Assembly (NCBI RefSeq): GCF_036321535.1
Contig: NC_087436.1
Coordinates: 52,516,001 to 52,580,000 of the forward strand
Direction: 5' to 3'
Length of the DNA: 64,000 bases
Source: Camelus dromedarius
Taxonomy: Eukaryota
Shown in pieces: positions 1 to 14,100 of the stretch (the first letter of the stretch is position 1; each line of letters opens with the position of its first letter). The position numbers and the translations under genes were made by a program. The notes beneath the pieces are model-generated. The model saw only the letters and a list, made by a program, of their open reading frames with translations. It made no database searches and was not told the DNA's origin.

Positions 1-1570
1 TAGAATTAAAGAATTCATCCAAGTTTCAGAATACAGAACTTAAATAAATTAGTTATATTTCTATTATGCAACAAATACTTAAAAAAGAAAGTTTAGCAAT
101 TTGCCACTTACAGAAACAAAATTCAAGTACTCATAGATAATTCTAATAAAATATATTTATGATTTCTCTGAGGAGAATAATAAAACTTTATTGAGTGCCA
201 TTAAAGGAAACCTTAAAAGTTAGGAAAACATACTATGTTGATTGATTGGGCAATCCAGTATTTTAATGATGCTAATTTTCTGCTAATAGACCTATAGATT
301 GATATAATTCCAATTAAAATCCTAATAGATTTTATTGTGCAATATAAGAAGCTGATTATAATTTTTAATAGAAATGCATAAAGTCAAGAAAATATCAGTA
401 ATTCTTGAAGAAGAAAAATGAGAAAGGAGAACTTGGTCTGTCAGTTATCAAATCTTATAACAAAGGTATAATCATTAACACTGTCAAACTGGTGCATGGA
501 AGACATGCCAAGCAATAGTGGCGCTGATGCCCCATAGATTCGGGGAGAGAATAGAGTTCTGAAAGACCTACAGATGTGTTGATCTTTGATATACAACAGA
601 GCAGTGGGGAAGGGATTGGCCTTTTCCATAAATGCTGCTGGGACAATCAGGTAGCCACTGGGAAAAATTATACTGGATTTCTATGCCATTTTCAGAAAAA
701 TACGAAAGACAATTCCAGATGAATTACTTACTGATTTAAATGTAGAATATAAACTTCAAAAGTTTAAGAAGAAAATATAAGAGAATATCTTTGTACCTTT
801 ATTCTAGGAAACTACACAAAAAGCACTAACCGTAAAGGTAAAGACATATTTTATTGCATTAGAATTAATCACTCAGTGTATCAAAAGCCACAGTAGCAAA
901 AGTGAAAAGACAGCCTCAAAATAGGAGAAGGCATGGCTATAACTGACAGAAAAGACTCATCCAGAATATACAGAAAAAACTACACATCAGTAAGGAAAAT
1001 AGAAACCCAATCAAAAAAATTTCATAACAGGAATACATGTACTTCACTTATGCTCAAGAATAGGAATACAAGTTTGCTTACAGCAGCATTTTTATGCTAG
1101 TCAAAAATTAGTGACAGCTCAAATGTCTACTAATTGCAAAACTAATAAGTAAATCATGGTTTATTCATTCAATGAACTATATAGTGTAACGGCAATGAAC
1201 ATACTATAGCTATAATCAATAAAATGAAAATCTTAAGATATAATCCTGAGCAAAACACAAAAAAATACCTGAAAGTTAAGAACAGCCAAATCTAAATTCT
1301 ATTATTCTCAGATATACACATACACAATAAATCTATAAAGGCTAGAAGTAATTACCATAAATCAGATTAGCTACAGGTTACTTCTAGAGCAATAGGAGAG
1401 GGACAGAATTCCTAGAACATTCTCAGGGAGCTTCTGCACTGCTGGTAATATTCTATTTCTTTATCTAGGTTGTAAATGCACCAAGTTCTGGCCAATATTT
1501 ATTCATTATTCATTATATGTATATTTATATTTTTGCACTTTTCTGGTTATGTAATTTTCTATGTTTGTAG
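1..1570 (+). mobile_element. Old L1 (L1M-type) ORF2 3' part and 3' UTR relic
   Basis: Degenerate L1 ORF2 motifs, e.g. ccataaatgctgctgggacaat (KWCWDN-like) and cagcagcattttt...aaatgtcta, followed by an L1M-like 3' UTR. Multiple stops. Confidence 0.8.
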
Positions 1571-3515
1571 CAAAAGTTAGGCAGAATGAATAAAATGAAG
1601 ATCCTGAGCTTAAGAAATTTAAAACTGAAGCTGGGATCTATTAAAAGGGAAATAGGGTATCTTAATCTACAAAGAAGACTCTTCAAAGTCTTAAGAGTGA
1701 TTAGTACACAACACAGGTTGAATGTATTTAATGAGAAAACTTTAAGAAATACCAAGAAAAGAAAGCTATGGAGAGAAACGTCCTCAGCCTTCTGCAGCAT
1801 TTTGTGACAGGAACAATCTTGTTTTAGCAAATAAATCTCTGTTGTCATTAATCATACACTATTTGTGGGTTCTCCATTTTCCCTGCAGGTCTGGAACAAA
1901 TCCCTTATGAATAGGGAAGACACACTGTGTGCATTTAACTTTTAGTTTTGTTCTTATCGATTTCCTCTCAATCTTATTCTCTTATTCTCTTGAATTGTAC
2001 GTTACATTCACCTTTGCCCTTTAGGGTCAAAGGCCTTCCACATAAGACTAGTCTTTGTTCATGTTTGTCCTCTTGCGTTGAAGCAGCTTTCTGTAAGATG
2101 TTTCTACCTGGAATTATTAGGTAGTCAGAGGCATTCATCATATTTAATTTAATATTCAGTAGATGATCTGTAAATCTCTCCCTTTAGACTGAAGGCTGAC
2201 CCTGATGTCAGTGTACCCCAAGATCTCCAGTCTCCACCATGTCCTCTCTATGGGGGACCTGTCTTCTGAAGGGTACATTGAAGTTATACCTTTGTATGCT
2301 TCTTGGTGTTTCAGACAGGCTGTCGTGAGATGGAACAATGTTTAATTCTCCTTCAGACTTTAGTTTTATTTAAATTCAATGTTCTTCTATCTCCCTCTGA
2401 TTCAGGGTAAGAGAAGCACTTAAAATTTTTTTTAACTATTTTTAAAAACTGACAAAACATTTATTAAAAGTTCTTAGGAGCAAAGCTATGTGCTTTGTTT
2501 TCTATAAAACCATTTCAACATTGTAGCACATCTGATATTATAACTTAACAACAATAATGCCATATTTGTTTATTAATTGAGATTTTGCAAAGTACTCTTA
2601 CATATGTTACCTCTACAAAACCCTAAAAAGCAGGTAGATTGATATATGGTTACTATTTTCAATTTATGAATAGAGTTTTAAATACTTAAGGGAGTTTAAC
2701 CAAATACATAAATGGAATTAAATGTTAAAGAGACCCTAAAGTGATTGCTAAATTTGCTGTATTAATAAATAGATTAATAACATTTGTAAATTGAACTTAA
2801 AAGTTTAAGAGAGAAATAGACTTTTTATTCTGAGTTTAAAAAAAAAACTGACTATTAACTTCCAAAACCAAATTAGCCTCTGCAAAACCTTTTCTACATA
2901 CAAAATACACACTTGGGGACATTAAAAAAAAAACTTACATTTAACAACTGGAAGAATATACTTGCAAAATATATATTAAATATTAGCATCATGAATATAA
3001 GATACATAAGTGAATTCTTTGGTTCTTTGGATTGATAAGGGAAATAAATAATTGATGTTATGCCATCACCTAGCACAGCCCTAGAACACAATAGGCATTC
3101 AGTTGTTGTCTATTAGATGAATGAAAAGGACTCATTAAGTGTTCAGGTGTGTGATTTAAGAATTGTACATTTAGAAATTTTGAAGGGAGGATGGTCATCA
3201 TAGATAGAACCAATAAATAAGGCTTCATGCAGATAGTACAACTTCAATTGAGCTTTAAAAAATATCCATGTTCTATAAGAGTTTTATTAAATAAAAAAGA
3301 GGGAGAAAAAACATGAACAAAGTAGGAAATAAAAAAGCCATGTTTAGGGGAGAGCAAAGAAACCAGATTATCTTTTGAGGAACAATGGGAAATCTGAGTG
3401 GGCAGATTCAGATTTTAAACAAAACTTTGATGTTTCTTCTAGAATACAGAAATTCACCTTTTAAAATTGACTAATCTTTGTACTTGAAAGTACTCCAACA
3501 AATTGTAAGGATGGT

Positions 3516-3957
3516 TGTGGCAAGTCCCCAAGCTGGCCTGCAGTGATCCTTGCCTCTTGGTAGTTAAGCATTTGGATGGACCAGTCTCACATTCACTTAG
3601 GACTGAGTCGTGTGAGTCTTGGAAGTCAATGCAAGTGATGTGTGATTTCCAAGGATAGGTAGTAAAAGACATATGGCTTCTACCCAGGTCTCTAGATTGC
3701 TTTCTCTGGGGGAAGCCAGCCATTGTGTTTTGTTGTAAGAACATTCAGGCAGAGAGACCCAGTGGAGAAAAACTGAGGACTAGCCATCAACAGCCAGCAT
3801 CAACTTGCCAGCAATGAGAGTGGCCACCTTGTAAACGGGTCTTCCAGACCATCAAGCCTTGAGCTGGTTGCAGAAACCCTGAGAGATAATAAATGGTTAT
3901 TGTTCTAAGAAAAGTGCTTAGAAATAATTTATTGTGTAGCAATAGATAACTAATTCA
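3516..3957 (+). mobile_element. MaLR solo LTR (MLT1-like)
   Basis: Starts TGTGG and ends gcaatagataactaattCA, the typical MLT1 3' end. Internal AATAAA and gaagccagccattg/aaactgagg motifs. Confidence 0.8.
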
Positions 3958-5247
3958 GGTGTCATCAATAAAATTTGTAATACATCAAGTTTTTGACACA
4001 AATTTGATTGATATTAAGGTGAGAAGAAAGAACACCCTGTATCAAAGGAGTTTTTCTAGATTGCAAGGTAAATTCTTTTGTGTCAAGTTATATCCATAGA
4101 AGATGTTCCATTAATACTGGCTGAATTTATTTAATTGATCCATTATTCACAGGCACCCGAAGGCCAAAAACATCTTTATGATCATATGCCTTGCCTATTA
4201 AATTTATAAGGTTCAGAGCTTTAATTTACCGTTGAGGAACTGGTGCAGGTAGAATTAAAATGCTGCTCTATTACTTTTTTTGTAATACTTTATTACCACT
4301 ACTACTACTACTACATTTTATAAGCATACAGTCTTTTTCTATTCTTCCGACATAAATAATTAAAAAGTTATACACTGTAGTTATGGAAGCTATCATGTTA
4401 TTTTCATGGCAGATGTGTTTTACTAATTAATTCGGCTTATAGTTGTCCTTTACATGTCTTGATGTGCTTCCCTGAGAATTAATTTGTTAATGAACTATAT
4501 TTGTCCATTTAGTTTCTCTGAATATTAGTAAAATAATTACTGATTTTCGTCATCTTGTGAAACTGAAATTTTAAGGTGAAATTCCTTTAACTTTCATTCA
4601 CATATTGGGAAATTAAAAAAGACAAACAATACTATAGAAACTTAAACGTGGAAAGGATTAAGTTAGTTTCAGAGATTGTTTCCTCAGATTAAACAGTAAA
4701 TCATTCCAACTCCTTTTTCTTCTCCTCCTGGAATCCAGTTTTCCTCTTTACTCATATTAGTTTCTGTTCTTTGACAGTTTTGCTCCTACTTGTTTAAACT
4801 ACAGAGATGGAAACTGATGCATGTTGTAATAAGATTCTAACTGCTGTGGAGCAAAGTAGCAATAGCTGCTTCTTAGTTGTACGGAATGATCTCATCATGC
4901 AGTGTGTGATGCATAACAAGTATAATTTTAAGGTAAAATATCATTAATTATTCATTCCTTGCTTTGGGTTTCCTCTGCCTTTATGTCTGTCTGATGTGTA
5001 TCTGTTCCTATACTATTTTACTAACTTTGTACATTTTTTGTTTTTGCTCTTTTGTTGTTCACTTTATATTTGTTCCTACTAAACTTTATCCTGTAAATGA
5101 ATAATAATGTATCTAATTATTTTTATACTGTATATTTCCTTACTATTATCCAAGATATTAAAAATGCAGTTCAACGCACTGTCCTTTAAAAACCTGATTT
5201 GGATTCTAGTGGGATTATTGTAGGCCCTGGGGCTCCTTTTTTATGTA

Positions 5248-5460
5248 CAGTTGATCCTTGAACAACATAAGTGTGAACTGTGCAGATGCACTTCTATGTG
5301 GATTTTTTTAATAATAAATACTACAGTATTATACAAGTGGAGGTTGGTTGAATCTATGGATGTGGAACCTCAAATACAGTGGAACCACAGATAAGGAAGA
5401 CAGACTAACTTATGTGCAGACTGCATACTCCTAACCCCCGCATTGTTCAAGGATCAACTA
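5248..5460. mobile_element. Tigger2-family MITE (TcMar), copy 1
   Basis: TIRs cagttgatccttgaacaa / ttgttcaaggatcaacta, flanked by TA on both sides. Confidence 0.88.
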
Positions 5461-5744
5461 TAGCATTTTCTCCACTTATGTATCTGAGACATCGAATAAT
5501 TATTGATCACCTACCCAGCCCTTACTTTCTACCTCTATTACCAGTCCCTTAAACAATGCTGAGCATTGGGCTCCTTTGACCTTGATTATTAAAGAAAGAT
5601 GGGAATAATGCGTGATGGTGTGAGATAAGACAGGAAAAATAAAAATGGAGTCGGGGCTGACCTTCTGCCATGTGGAGAACTAAAATTTAGTGCATTAGAA
5701 GGTACTTTAAGACCTGCTGTGTGGCCTTAAAAGGCTTTCACCCA

Positions 5745-6200
5745 GAGCAGCATTTCCGGGGTGTGTGATAGGTACAGCTGGTGGTACCTGAGATCATTGT
5801 AGGCATAAATGGAATTAAACAGCATTGACTCAAATCTCTGTGATACTTACAGCGATCTAAGCGTATGTTTGGTGTTATGTCTTTACTATACCCTAACACA
5901 CACTAATTTCACTTTTCAACACTGAGAAAGTAGGACTCAAGCATGGAACCATCATAGTTCATCTCTATAGAATATGACTTTTGCCACAGTATTTATTTTT
6001 ATGGTTAATTCAATTACTGACCAGTGATCTTACTTTCTTTTTGTAATAGTATTATAATATTTTTTTAAAAAATGAATTTATTTTTAATAAATAAATTTGG
6101 TTTTAAGTAAAAGAGTAAGAAACTAATAGTAGGTGGAGTAAAGAATGTGAATAAACTATAAAAGTGGTACAGGAATAAATGAAAGTTTGGATACACATTC
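5745..6200. mobile_element. Probable hAT-Charlie DNA transposon relic
   Basis: Degenerate Charlie-like ends (cagcatttcc... / ...aagtttggatacac) around an AT-rich body. Confidence 0.45.
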
Positions 6201-6494
6201 CTAGAGATTAAACCTTAGGAGACTGTTACAGTATGGCAATCCCTTCTGTCAACTTTTTTTTTTTCCTCACTGGGTGGCTATTAAAATGGACAAGAGTTTT
6301 GAGGACACTTTGATAGTTGATAAGGGACTTTTCTGAATTTAGCAAATGTATTTCACTTCAACTTTTCTCACCTAGGAGAATAGGAAGTATAATGCTTTAA
6401 AATGTTACAGAAGTCTCACTAGAGATAAGAAAAGTGCCAGGAAAATAGAAAATATCCCATGAATTCTTCCCAGATTTTAAAGTGACCCTATACC

Positions 6495-6519
6495 AAAAAA
6501 AAAAAAAAAAAAAAAAAAA
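6495..6519 (+). repeat. Poly(A) run
   Basis: 25 consecutive A. Confidence 0.95.
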
Positions 6520-9465
6520 CAAAGAAAAACTCCATAAATCCAGGTTTATCCAGCATTTAACACTGAGTTCACAAAAGAGCAGAACTATCTTTACAAATAG
6601 TAATAAAGCATGAAGAATAATGATTCACCAAAAAATTGAAACTCAGAAATTTTATTTCAATATGAAGTTTCAACAGTAGATCATATGTTCAATATAAACA
6701 TTCTATTTACATTCTATTTTTAGCCAGTGGTAATTCTATTTAAAATGATAGATTAATTATAATATTTTGAAGATTCTGGCTATTCAGGAAAAACTTACTT
6801 ATGTTTTATGTTTAGCATATAATAAACAGTTAATAAGTGTCTATTATCAAGTAGTGGGAGAGACACAGATGAATGTTAATGCTATCTAGAGATTTGCTTG
6901 AAAATTGATTATTCTGGTATATTTTACATAATGAGTCTAAACTAATAAAAATGCTTAGTTATACAGAGCACCATATTACTTAGGCATTCTGGATTAAAAA
7001 AATGAATTACATATTGATAATAATGAGAGTTTACACCTATTAGTTTTCTCTTATTAATATCTCTGTTAGAAAAGTAAATTTAATTGTTCTGGCAGGAATT
7101 CATCTTCAAACCCAGAAAAAATCAGTTTACAAATAAATGTCAACTGTGATCTAATGGTAGCTTTCACATTTAGAAAATGTTTTATTACTTAATACTGGTG
7201 ATACCTCAAATTTAAGTAATTATTGCTGCTGCACTGAAGTGCTTATGCTATAGCTCCAGTCCGTTTGTTCTGATTATTCATCCCGCCATGTCTGTGAAGA
7301 AAACAATTTATAGCCAACTCTAGAATGATCTGCTATAAAACAAATCTGCAGTTATCTTCTGCCGCAAACACATACTCGTGACTCAGCAAATTTGATTCGG
7401 AATCTAGTAAACAGCACTTAATAAAATAAGAAAGTAATTTTATATAACTCAGATAGCACTTGGTTATCTCCACCTTTAGCATAAAAATATGTTCAGACTG
7501 AAGATTTACTCTCTGCTCTGGAAAAAAGCCCAATGCCCCACATTTCCTCAAATCCTTTCGATGGAGGGAGGATTAAGTTCGTATGTTCACCTTTCTTTCC
7601 AACTTCCTGCATCCATCAAATCTTGTACTCCCTTTGGTTTCCGGGGACAGTTTCTTTAACTCTGACTGGCAGCAACCAAAATGGAGTTTCCCTTTCTTTC
7701 ATGCAAGCTCAGAAAGACCCACTTAACTAAAGCCTTGCTGGGTAGTTGCAGGCTTCGTGTGGACAGCTGACTTTACTGAAGGGAGGAAGGTTTCACAACA
7801 GGGCGGTGCAAAGGTAAAGATGAATTTAGGCATCCCTGTTCTTAAGTCTTTTTGATGCTTTACCTTCTCTCTCGGCCTGTTCTCTCTCCTGTTCTCCATG
7901 TCTTCTGCTCTCACAATCTCAAGGGTGAAAAAAAACAAAACTCTTCTATTTTCTTGGGCAGAGCAATTCAGTTCTCTTTGCATCTTTCTCTTACATTTCT
8001 TACAGTTTTGGACATCCTTTTGAATTCCCAAAATCACCTCTTGTAAGTGTACACTTGATCATTTCTTCTTAGATAAGAACAAATTTTCCATCCTAGTGTT
8101 CATCTTGGTGTTTGGGAAGGGATTTTGGAGTTTTTCATTCTTCTAGTTAAAATTGAACAATATTATACAAGAGGGCACTACTTTTAAATAATGAGACTAA
8201 TCTGAGTCAACTGAGAAGCAAACATACACGGTTTCCTTCTTATTCTCCTTCTCTTTAAATATGGGCTTTCCTGATTTCTTCCCCTGTCAACAGAGCAGAT
8301 ATTTCCCAATCATGCTTTAAAAACATATTCTGTAAACGTGTCTGTTGCCTACTATTAAATAACAAAAATCTGTTGCAATGTTCAGTGTAAGCTCTTTCTT
8401 TTTCCAAAGGCTGCATCTGTCCCACAACATGCAGAATTATTTTTAAATGTGTTAGATTTAATTAACCCACCACAAGTGACTCCTTTGATGGCATCCTAAA
8501 GGAATGTTCAAAATATTTTAAATTTGGAAAATCCACCATATAAAAGCAAGTCTTCAACATCAGAAAGTAGACACCATGACTTCTCTGTTCTTATATAAAT
8601 ACATGAGAAACTCCTACTGGGCATGTGGTTCAGAGCAGTTTTTCCATCTCCATTGTGGAGAAACTGGAGAAACATTCACAGGAAGAAAAAGTATGCTTTT
8701 GTTCTAGCATTTAGAATTGGCACGTATTAGAAATAAGGGGCTATAAATCCCCTGCTCTGTAAGTCTTTGCTTGTTTGTTTCCAATTAAAAATTATGAGTC
8801 ATGGGTGGTTAAAGACTGTCCCTGACTATTTGCAGGGAGTGGATCAGACAAGATATCAAATTCTGGCTCAGTTTGTGATGCTACACAAAGCCATCAGTCA
8901 AATTAACAAAATTGTACTTTGATTGATGTACTAAAATCCAGAACGAAGTGGTCCCCCAATTTTTTGAAGATAAAGACGTCACTTATATGAAAATTGTGAG
9001 CTCCCTTTCCAGCAAGATAATAATTGCACCCACTAATGGAGAAAACAGAATACTGCTAAATATTTAACACTTTTTACAGATTGAGCCTATGCAACATGTA
9101 AAACTGCTTTCTTCTACTACATGAAATGAACTTACAAGTTTTATTTATTCTATCCTGCAATCTTTCTGTTGTGTTACTATAATTTCTTGAAAAGAATGGT
9201 ATGAAAATATTAGAAAAAGAGAATACTAAAAATAATTGATAAAATCTGGTAAAGTGATTGTCAAAGTCAGGACAGAATTGGGAGAATCAGGTTATGACTT
9301 AGGGAAAAGCTTGTTTTTTCCAGGAAGACTTCAGTAGCTTGAACCTACTGACTATGTTGGGCATGGCTCTGTAAATAGTTAAGTATTTAGGGGCAATATA
9401 AATAAGAAACATAAATTTGTCTAACCCGATGGTAGAATTCTAAAATGTATTTCATTTCACTGAAG

Positions 9466-10900
9466 TTTTTTTTGTATATATGTTTTTTATTAAAGTATAG
9501 TAATTTTGACAAATTACTACAAGATATTGAATATAGTTCCCTGTGCTATGCAGTATGAGTGTGCTGTTTTTCTATTTTATATATATTAGTTAGTATCTGC
9601 AAATCTCAAACTCCCAATTTATCCCTTTCCACCCCCTTCCCCCCGGTAACCATAAGTTTGTTTTCTATGCCTGTGAATCTGTTTCTGTTTTGTAAATAAG
9701 TTCTTTTGTCTTTTTTTTTTTTAAGATCCATATATAAGTGATATCATATGGTATTTTTCTTTCTCTTTCTGGTTTGCTTTACTTAGAATGACAATCTCCA
9801 AGCCCATCCTTGTTGCTGCAAATGACATTATTTTATTATTTTTATGGCTGAGTAGTATTCCATTGTATAAATATACCACAATTTATTTATCCAGTCATTT
9901 GTTGATGGACATTTAGATTGTTTCCATGTTTTGACTATTGTAAATATTGCTGCTATGTACATCGGGGTGCATGTATCTTTTTGAATTAAGGTTCTCTCTG
10001 GATTTATGTGTAGGAGTGGGATTGCTGATCACATAGTAAGTCTATTTTTAGCTTTTTGAGGAATCTCCATACTGTTTTCCATAATGACTGCACCAAACTA
10101 CATTCCCACCAGAAGTGTAGGAGGGTTCCCTTTTCTTCACACCCTCTCCAGTATTTATCGTTCATGGACTTTTAAATGATGGCCATTCTGACTGGTGTGA
10201 GGTGATGCCTCATTATAGTTTTGATTTGCATTTCTCTGATAATTATCAATATTGAACATTTTTTTCATGTGCCTATTGGCCATTTGCATGTCTTCACTGG
10301 AGAATTGCTAGTTTAGGTCTTCTGCCCATTTTTGGATTGGGTTGTTTGTTTTTTTCTTATTAAATTGTATGAGCTGTTTATATATTCTGGAAATTAAGCC
10401 CTTGTCAGTCTCATCTTTTGCAAATATTTCCTCCTATTCCGTAGGTTGTCTTTTTGTTTTACTTATGGTTTCCTTTGCTGTGAAAAAGCTTATAAGTTTA
10501 ATTAGGTCCCATTTGTTTATTTTTGCTCTTATTTCTATTGCCTGGGTAGACTGCCCTAGGAAAATATTGCTGAGATTTATGTCAGATAATGTTTTGTCTA
10601 TGTTTTCTTCTAAGAGATTTATATTGTCTTGTGTTATGTTTAAATGTTTAAGCCATTTTGAGTTTATTTTTGTGTAAGGTGTGAGGGAGTGTTCTAACTT
10701 CACTGATTTACATGCTGCTGTCCAGTTTTCCCAACACCATTTGCTGAAGAGACTGTCTTTACTCCATTGTATGTTTTTGCCTCCTTTGTCAAAGATTAAT
10801 TGACCAGACGTTTGTGGGTTTATTTCTGGGCTCCCTATTCTGTTCCATTGATCCATATGTCTATTTTTGTACCAATACCATGCTGTTTTGATTACTGTAG
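9466..10900 (-). mobile_element. Relatively young 5'-truncated L1 (ORF2 C-terminus and 3' UTR)
   Basis: ORF 10434-10856 encodes DQWNRI.SPEINP...LIFDKG.KNIQW.KDSLF.KWCWENW...[10 protein letters not shown], classic L1 ORF2. T-rich tail at the left end. Confidence 0.95.
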
Positions 10901-11004
10901 TTTTTAATCAGGATAAATTCTAGTGTAACCCAGATGTTAGCTACACCCCCACCTTTTATATGTATTAATGTTTTGTTCTGCACAGAAACTCTATAGGTTA
11001 TGTT

Positions 11005-11140
11005 TCTATGATATTAAAAACAGAAGCTAAAGAGATTAAATGATTTGTGTAAGGTCACATAGCTGGTAAATCATTGGGCCTGCACTCAAACTGGGCAACC
11101 CGGTCCTGGAGACCTGTGGTCACCTACTCCCTACACTACA
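11005..11140 (-). mobile_element. MIR SINE fragment
   Basis: Core motif agagattaaatgatttgtgtaaggtcacatagctggtaaat. Confidence 0.75.
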
Positions 11141-14100
11141 CTGTCCCTGCTTTATTCCTTCCCAAGATAATTTTTCATTTATTTAGTGTTTTTTTCTTGC
11201 ATTCACAGGGAACACTAAATATATACACTAAAAAATAATTTGATGCAAATAAAATAAAGAGGGAAAAATAGTTCTCTGATATGATCAAGGTAAGGTAATT
11301 GGTGATTCTGCTTTAAAAATGAGACCAAATAATAATACATTTACCATATCACTGTTGCTTTACCTCAAAACAAGAAAAAAAAAACAAAAAAAAACAAAAA
11401 AACGCTAGCATTGCCCTAAATCTAGAACAAGTAACAAACATAGTGAAAAGGATACTAAAAAAAAATTGTATCTTAGAAAGCCCTTCATAAACCCAGAGAA
11501 GGGACAGAACAGTGCTGGCTACTCCTCCTGGGACTGAGAGGGCCCCCAAATTGATCCCCTTGCTGAGACAAGCCCCAAGAGACTTGCTTGTAAAGTTTGC
11601 TGGTGCCATCTCGTTTCCCTGGAAGATGCATTCTGAGCTGCAGAGCCACAGCTCCTGTCTGGGGTCAGGGCAGATCCTGGTAGGAGGGATCTCGGGGTGG
11701 CCAACTGAAAGCCCAGGGGTATGGCCAGGCTGCCCCTTTCCCCTGCTGTTGCCACCTCCAAAAATATTAAACACAACCTGTGCCTTTTTATACCTCAAAG
11801 AGCTGAAACTCCTCAAACAGTATACAAAAAGCCCCCTTATAATAGAGTCCACAGTCTCGAATAGCTCTTTATTATGGAACATGACTTTTAAAGAATCACA
11901 GTTATCTTGTGAAGGAAAAATGCGTGCATGGCCCGTAATCTCAACCCTGACACCTGGGTGAGTGGAGGAAATTTGCCTTGTGAGCCTCCGCCCGTTTGTC
12001 AGCCAAAACACCTCAGGGCCTCAGGTTCATTTTGCAGATATTTTTGTTTTCTGTTTAAGAAACTCACCGATGTAAGGCTGGCTTCCTGTCCTCCCCCGAG
12101 GGGCCAGGTGGCTGAGACACCTGTCCCCGCTCCAGCCCGCCAGGCCTGGCGCGCCCTCCCCACCTCACAGATGGCTGGCAACCTGAGGAGATTCCTCTTT
12201 TGAGCACAGCTAACTCCCACTTCTCTGCATATTTTCCTCTCTGTGAGAGATGAGATTTTCCTCTAACGTATCCCCCAAATTCCTAGGTGGAAAGGTAAGC
12301 ATTCTCAAAACTTTTGTGCTTGCTTCACTCTTTAGTTAGCCTTAATTGAAAAAAAAATAAATTTCAAATCCTGTTTCAAGAGTTGCCACTTGCTCTGATG
12401 TTTACATTGAAAATAGGATTTTCCTGTTTTCCTCTCCACAAAAATTCTGCTTTTAAGTGTCTAATGTCATCAATGACCCTCTCAGACCCAGGGTTACATA
12501 GCCTCTGTTTTAGTTGGCACTATTGACTTTCCCTTTCTATTTGAATATTTTTCTTCCTTTTCTTCCGTGAAATATTTTTTCTTTCCTTGTTGTGCTCAAT
12601 TCTCTTCTTCCTCTTGAAATCTTGAAATCAAGAAGATGATTCTGATTATTCCAGACAAACAGAGAGACATCACCTAACATTGTATAGAACCAGCTGTGCA
12701 TAGTATTAATTAGCATCATTTTTATATGATGCCTTAGCATAACCTGATAGTTGTTTCATATATGTATAGCTTGAGTATCAAAATAAACTCTTAAGTTCCT
12801 CTCAGAAAAACGTATTTTTAATTTTTGCTTAGCTCTTATTGAAATGGATGCTTAATAAATGTTGATTGAGGTAAATAATTCATTGGCTAGTAAGTTACTT
12901 ACACATTTCAATTAAGATATAAAAATTTTAGATCAATGAAAATAGAAGTCATCGAGAATACATCATCACACAGTAACTGTTGTTTTCTTTTTAATTGAGA
13001 AAAGTTAACTGTATTTAATTTGGTTGGCAATGAAGCAAAGTGACCTTTGCTGTGCCAAAAGACAAGGATCACTATTAACACAAAGATGTGTTGATGTGAC
13101 ACTGACAACCAAAAGGAGTTGGTGCCTTGCTGTTCAGGAAGGCTCGTGTTTTGATGGGAATCTTGAAGGTGGTACCGTATTTTATTTATTTATTTTAATT
13201 ATATTACTATATAAATATATTTTACTTTTATATATAAATTTGTAGTGTACTATGTTGTATATGTATATTTTTTAGTCTATTTTTAATGTGTGAGGGAAAG
13301 TTGAAATTTTCAACTTAAATTTTGCTAATTCACTGCTACTCCTTTGCTGACAAGATACAAGGTATATGTTGAACGAAAATTACAATGCTAGCAATTCCTG
13401 ACAAAGTACTGTGGAAAAGGACTTTCTCACTACGTATAATGCCCCAATTTACGCATTGCTATCACATGCAAATGTAAGAAGTGGATCTATATTCATCACA
13501 AGCTGGGATACATAGGGCCTAATATCCACAAATAATAAGTGAAAATTGACAGCTACTTCGTTTCAACATAAAACCTGTATAAAATTTCTAAAAGCCCATG
13601 GGATGGCATAAATAACAAGTGGCTTGCATGAAGACAATGTGAAATAGTAGGAATAATATGTTATAAGCTATTGAAATACAAAATTATCTACTTTACCTTG
13701 AATTCCATGGATCAATTGATCTCGATAATGAAATTATTACCTAATAATGTTACTTTGAGGGCTTATAAAATAATTTTGTAATTAGCATTTTGAATATACT
13801 GTAATTATATATTTCTAAAGAAACCGTCCTTCTATTCCCTTCAAGAACTTGACCTTCTTCTGAAATTCTGTTTATGGTTAAAACTGGCAAAATAAACATT
13901 TTCTCATATAGTTCGAAGGGAAACTTCAGCACTGTCTCTGTCAAAAGGGCATTCCACATACTCAAATAGTAGAATCAGGAGAAACAAAAAAGGTTTTTTA
14001 TATAATAAAGATTTTTTAAATGTAATTGGGGATCAAGGGAACTTTTAACTAATTGGTGTTATGATCTTTTGAAACTACATTAAACTCATACATTTTCTAA

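Noticed and set aside
4805..4932. Exon-like segment (cag ... aag|gtaaaa) with an open frame in intron 1
   Set aside because: 128 nt with asymmetric phase would frameshift EMCN; no similarity to endomucin and no other support.
11349..12011. 220-aa and 149-aa overlapping ORFs
   Set aside because: No recognisable domain, non-ATG starts and no splice context; consistent with chance in a GC-richer patch.
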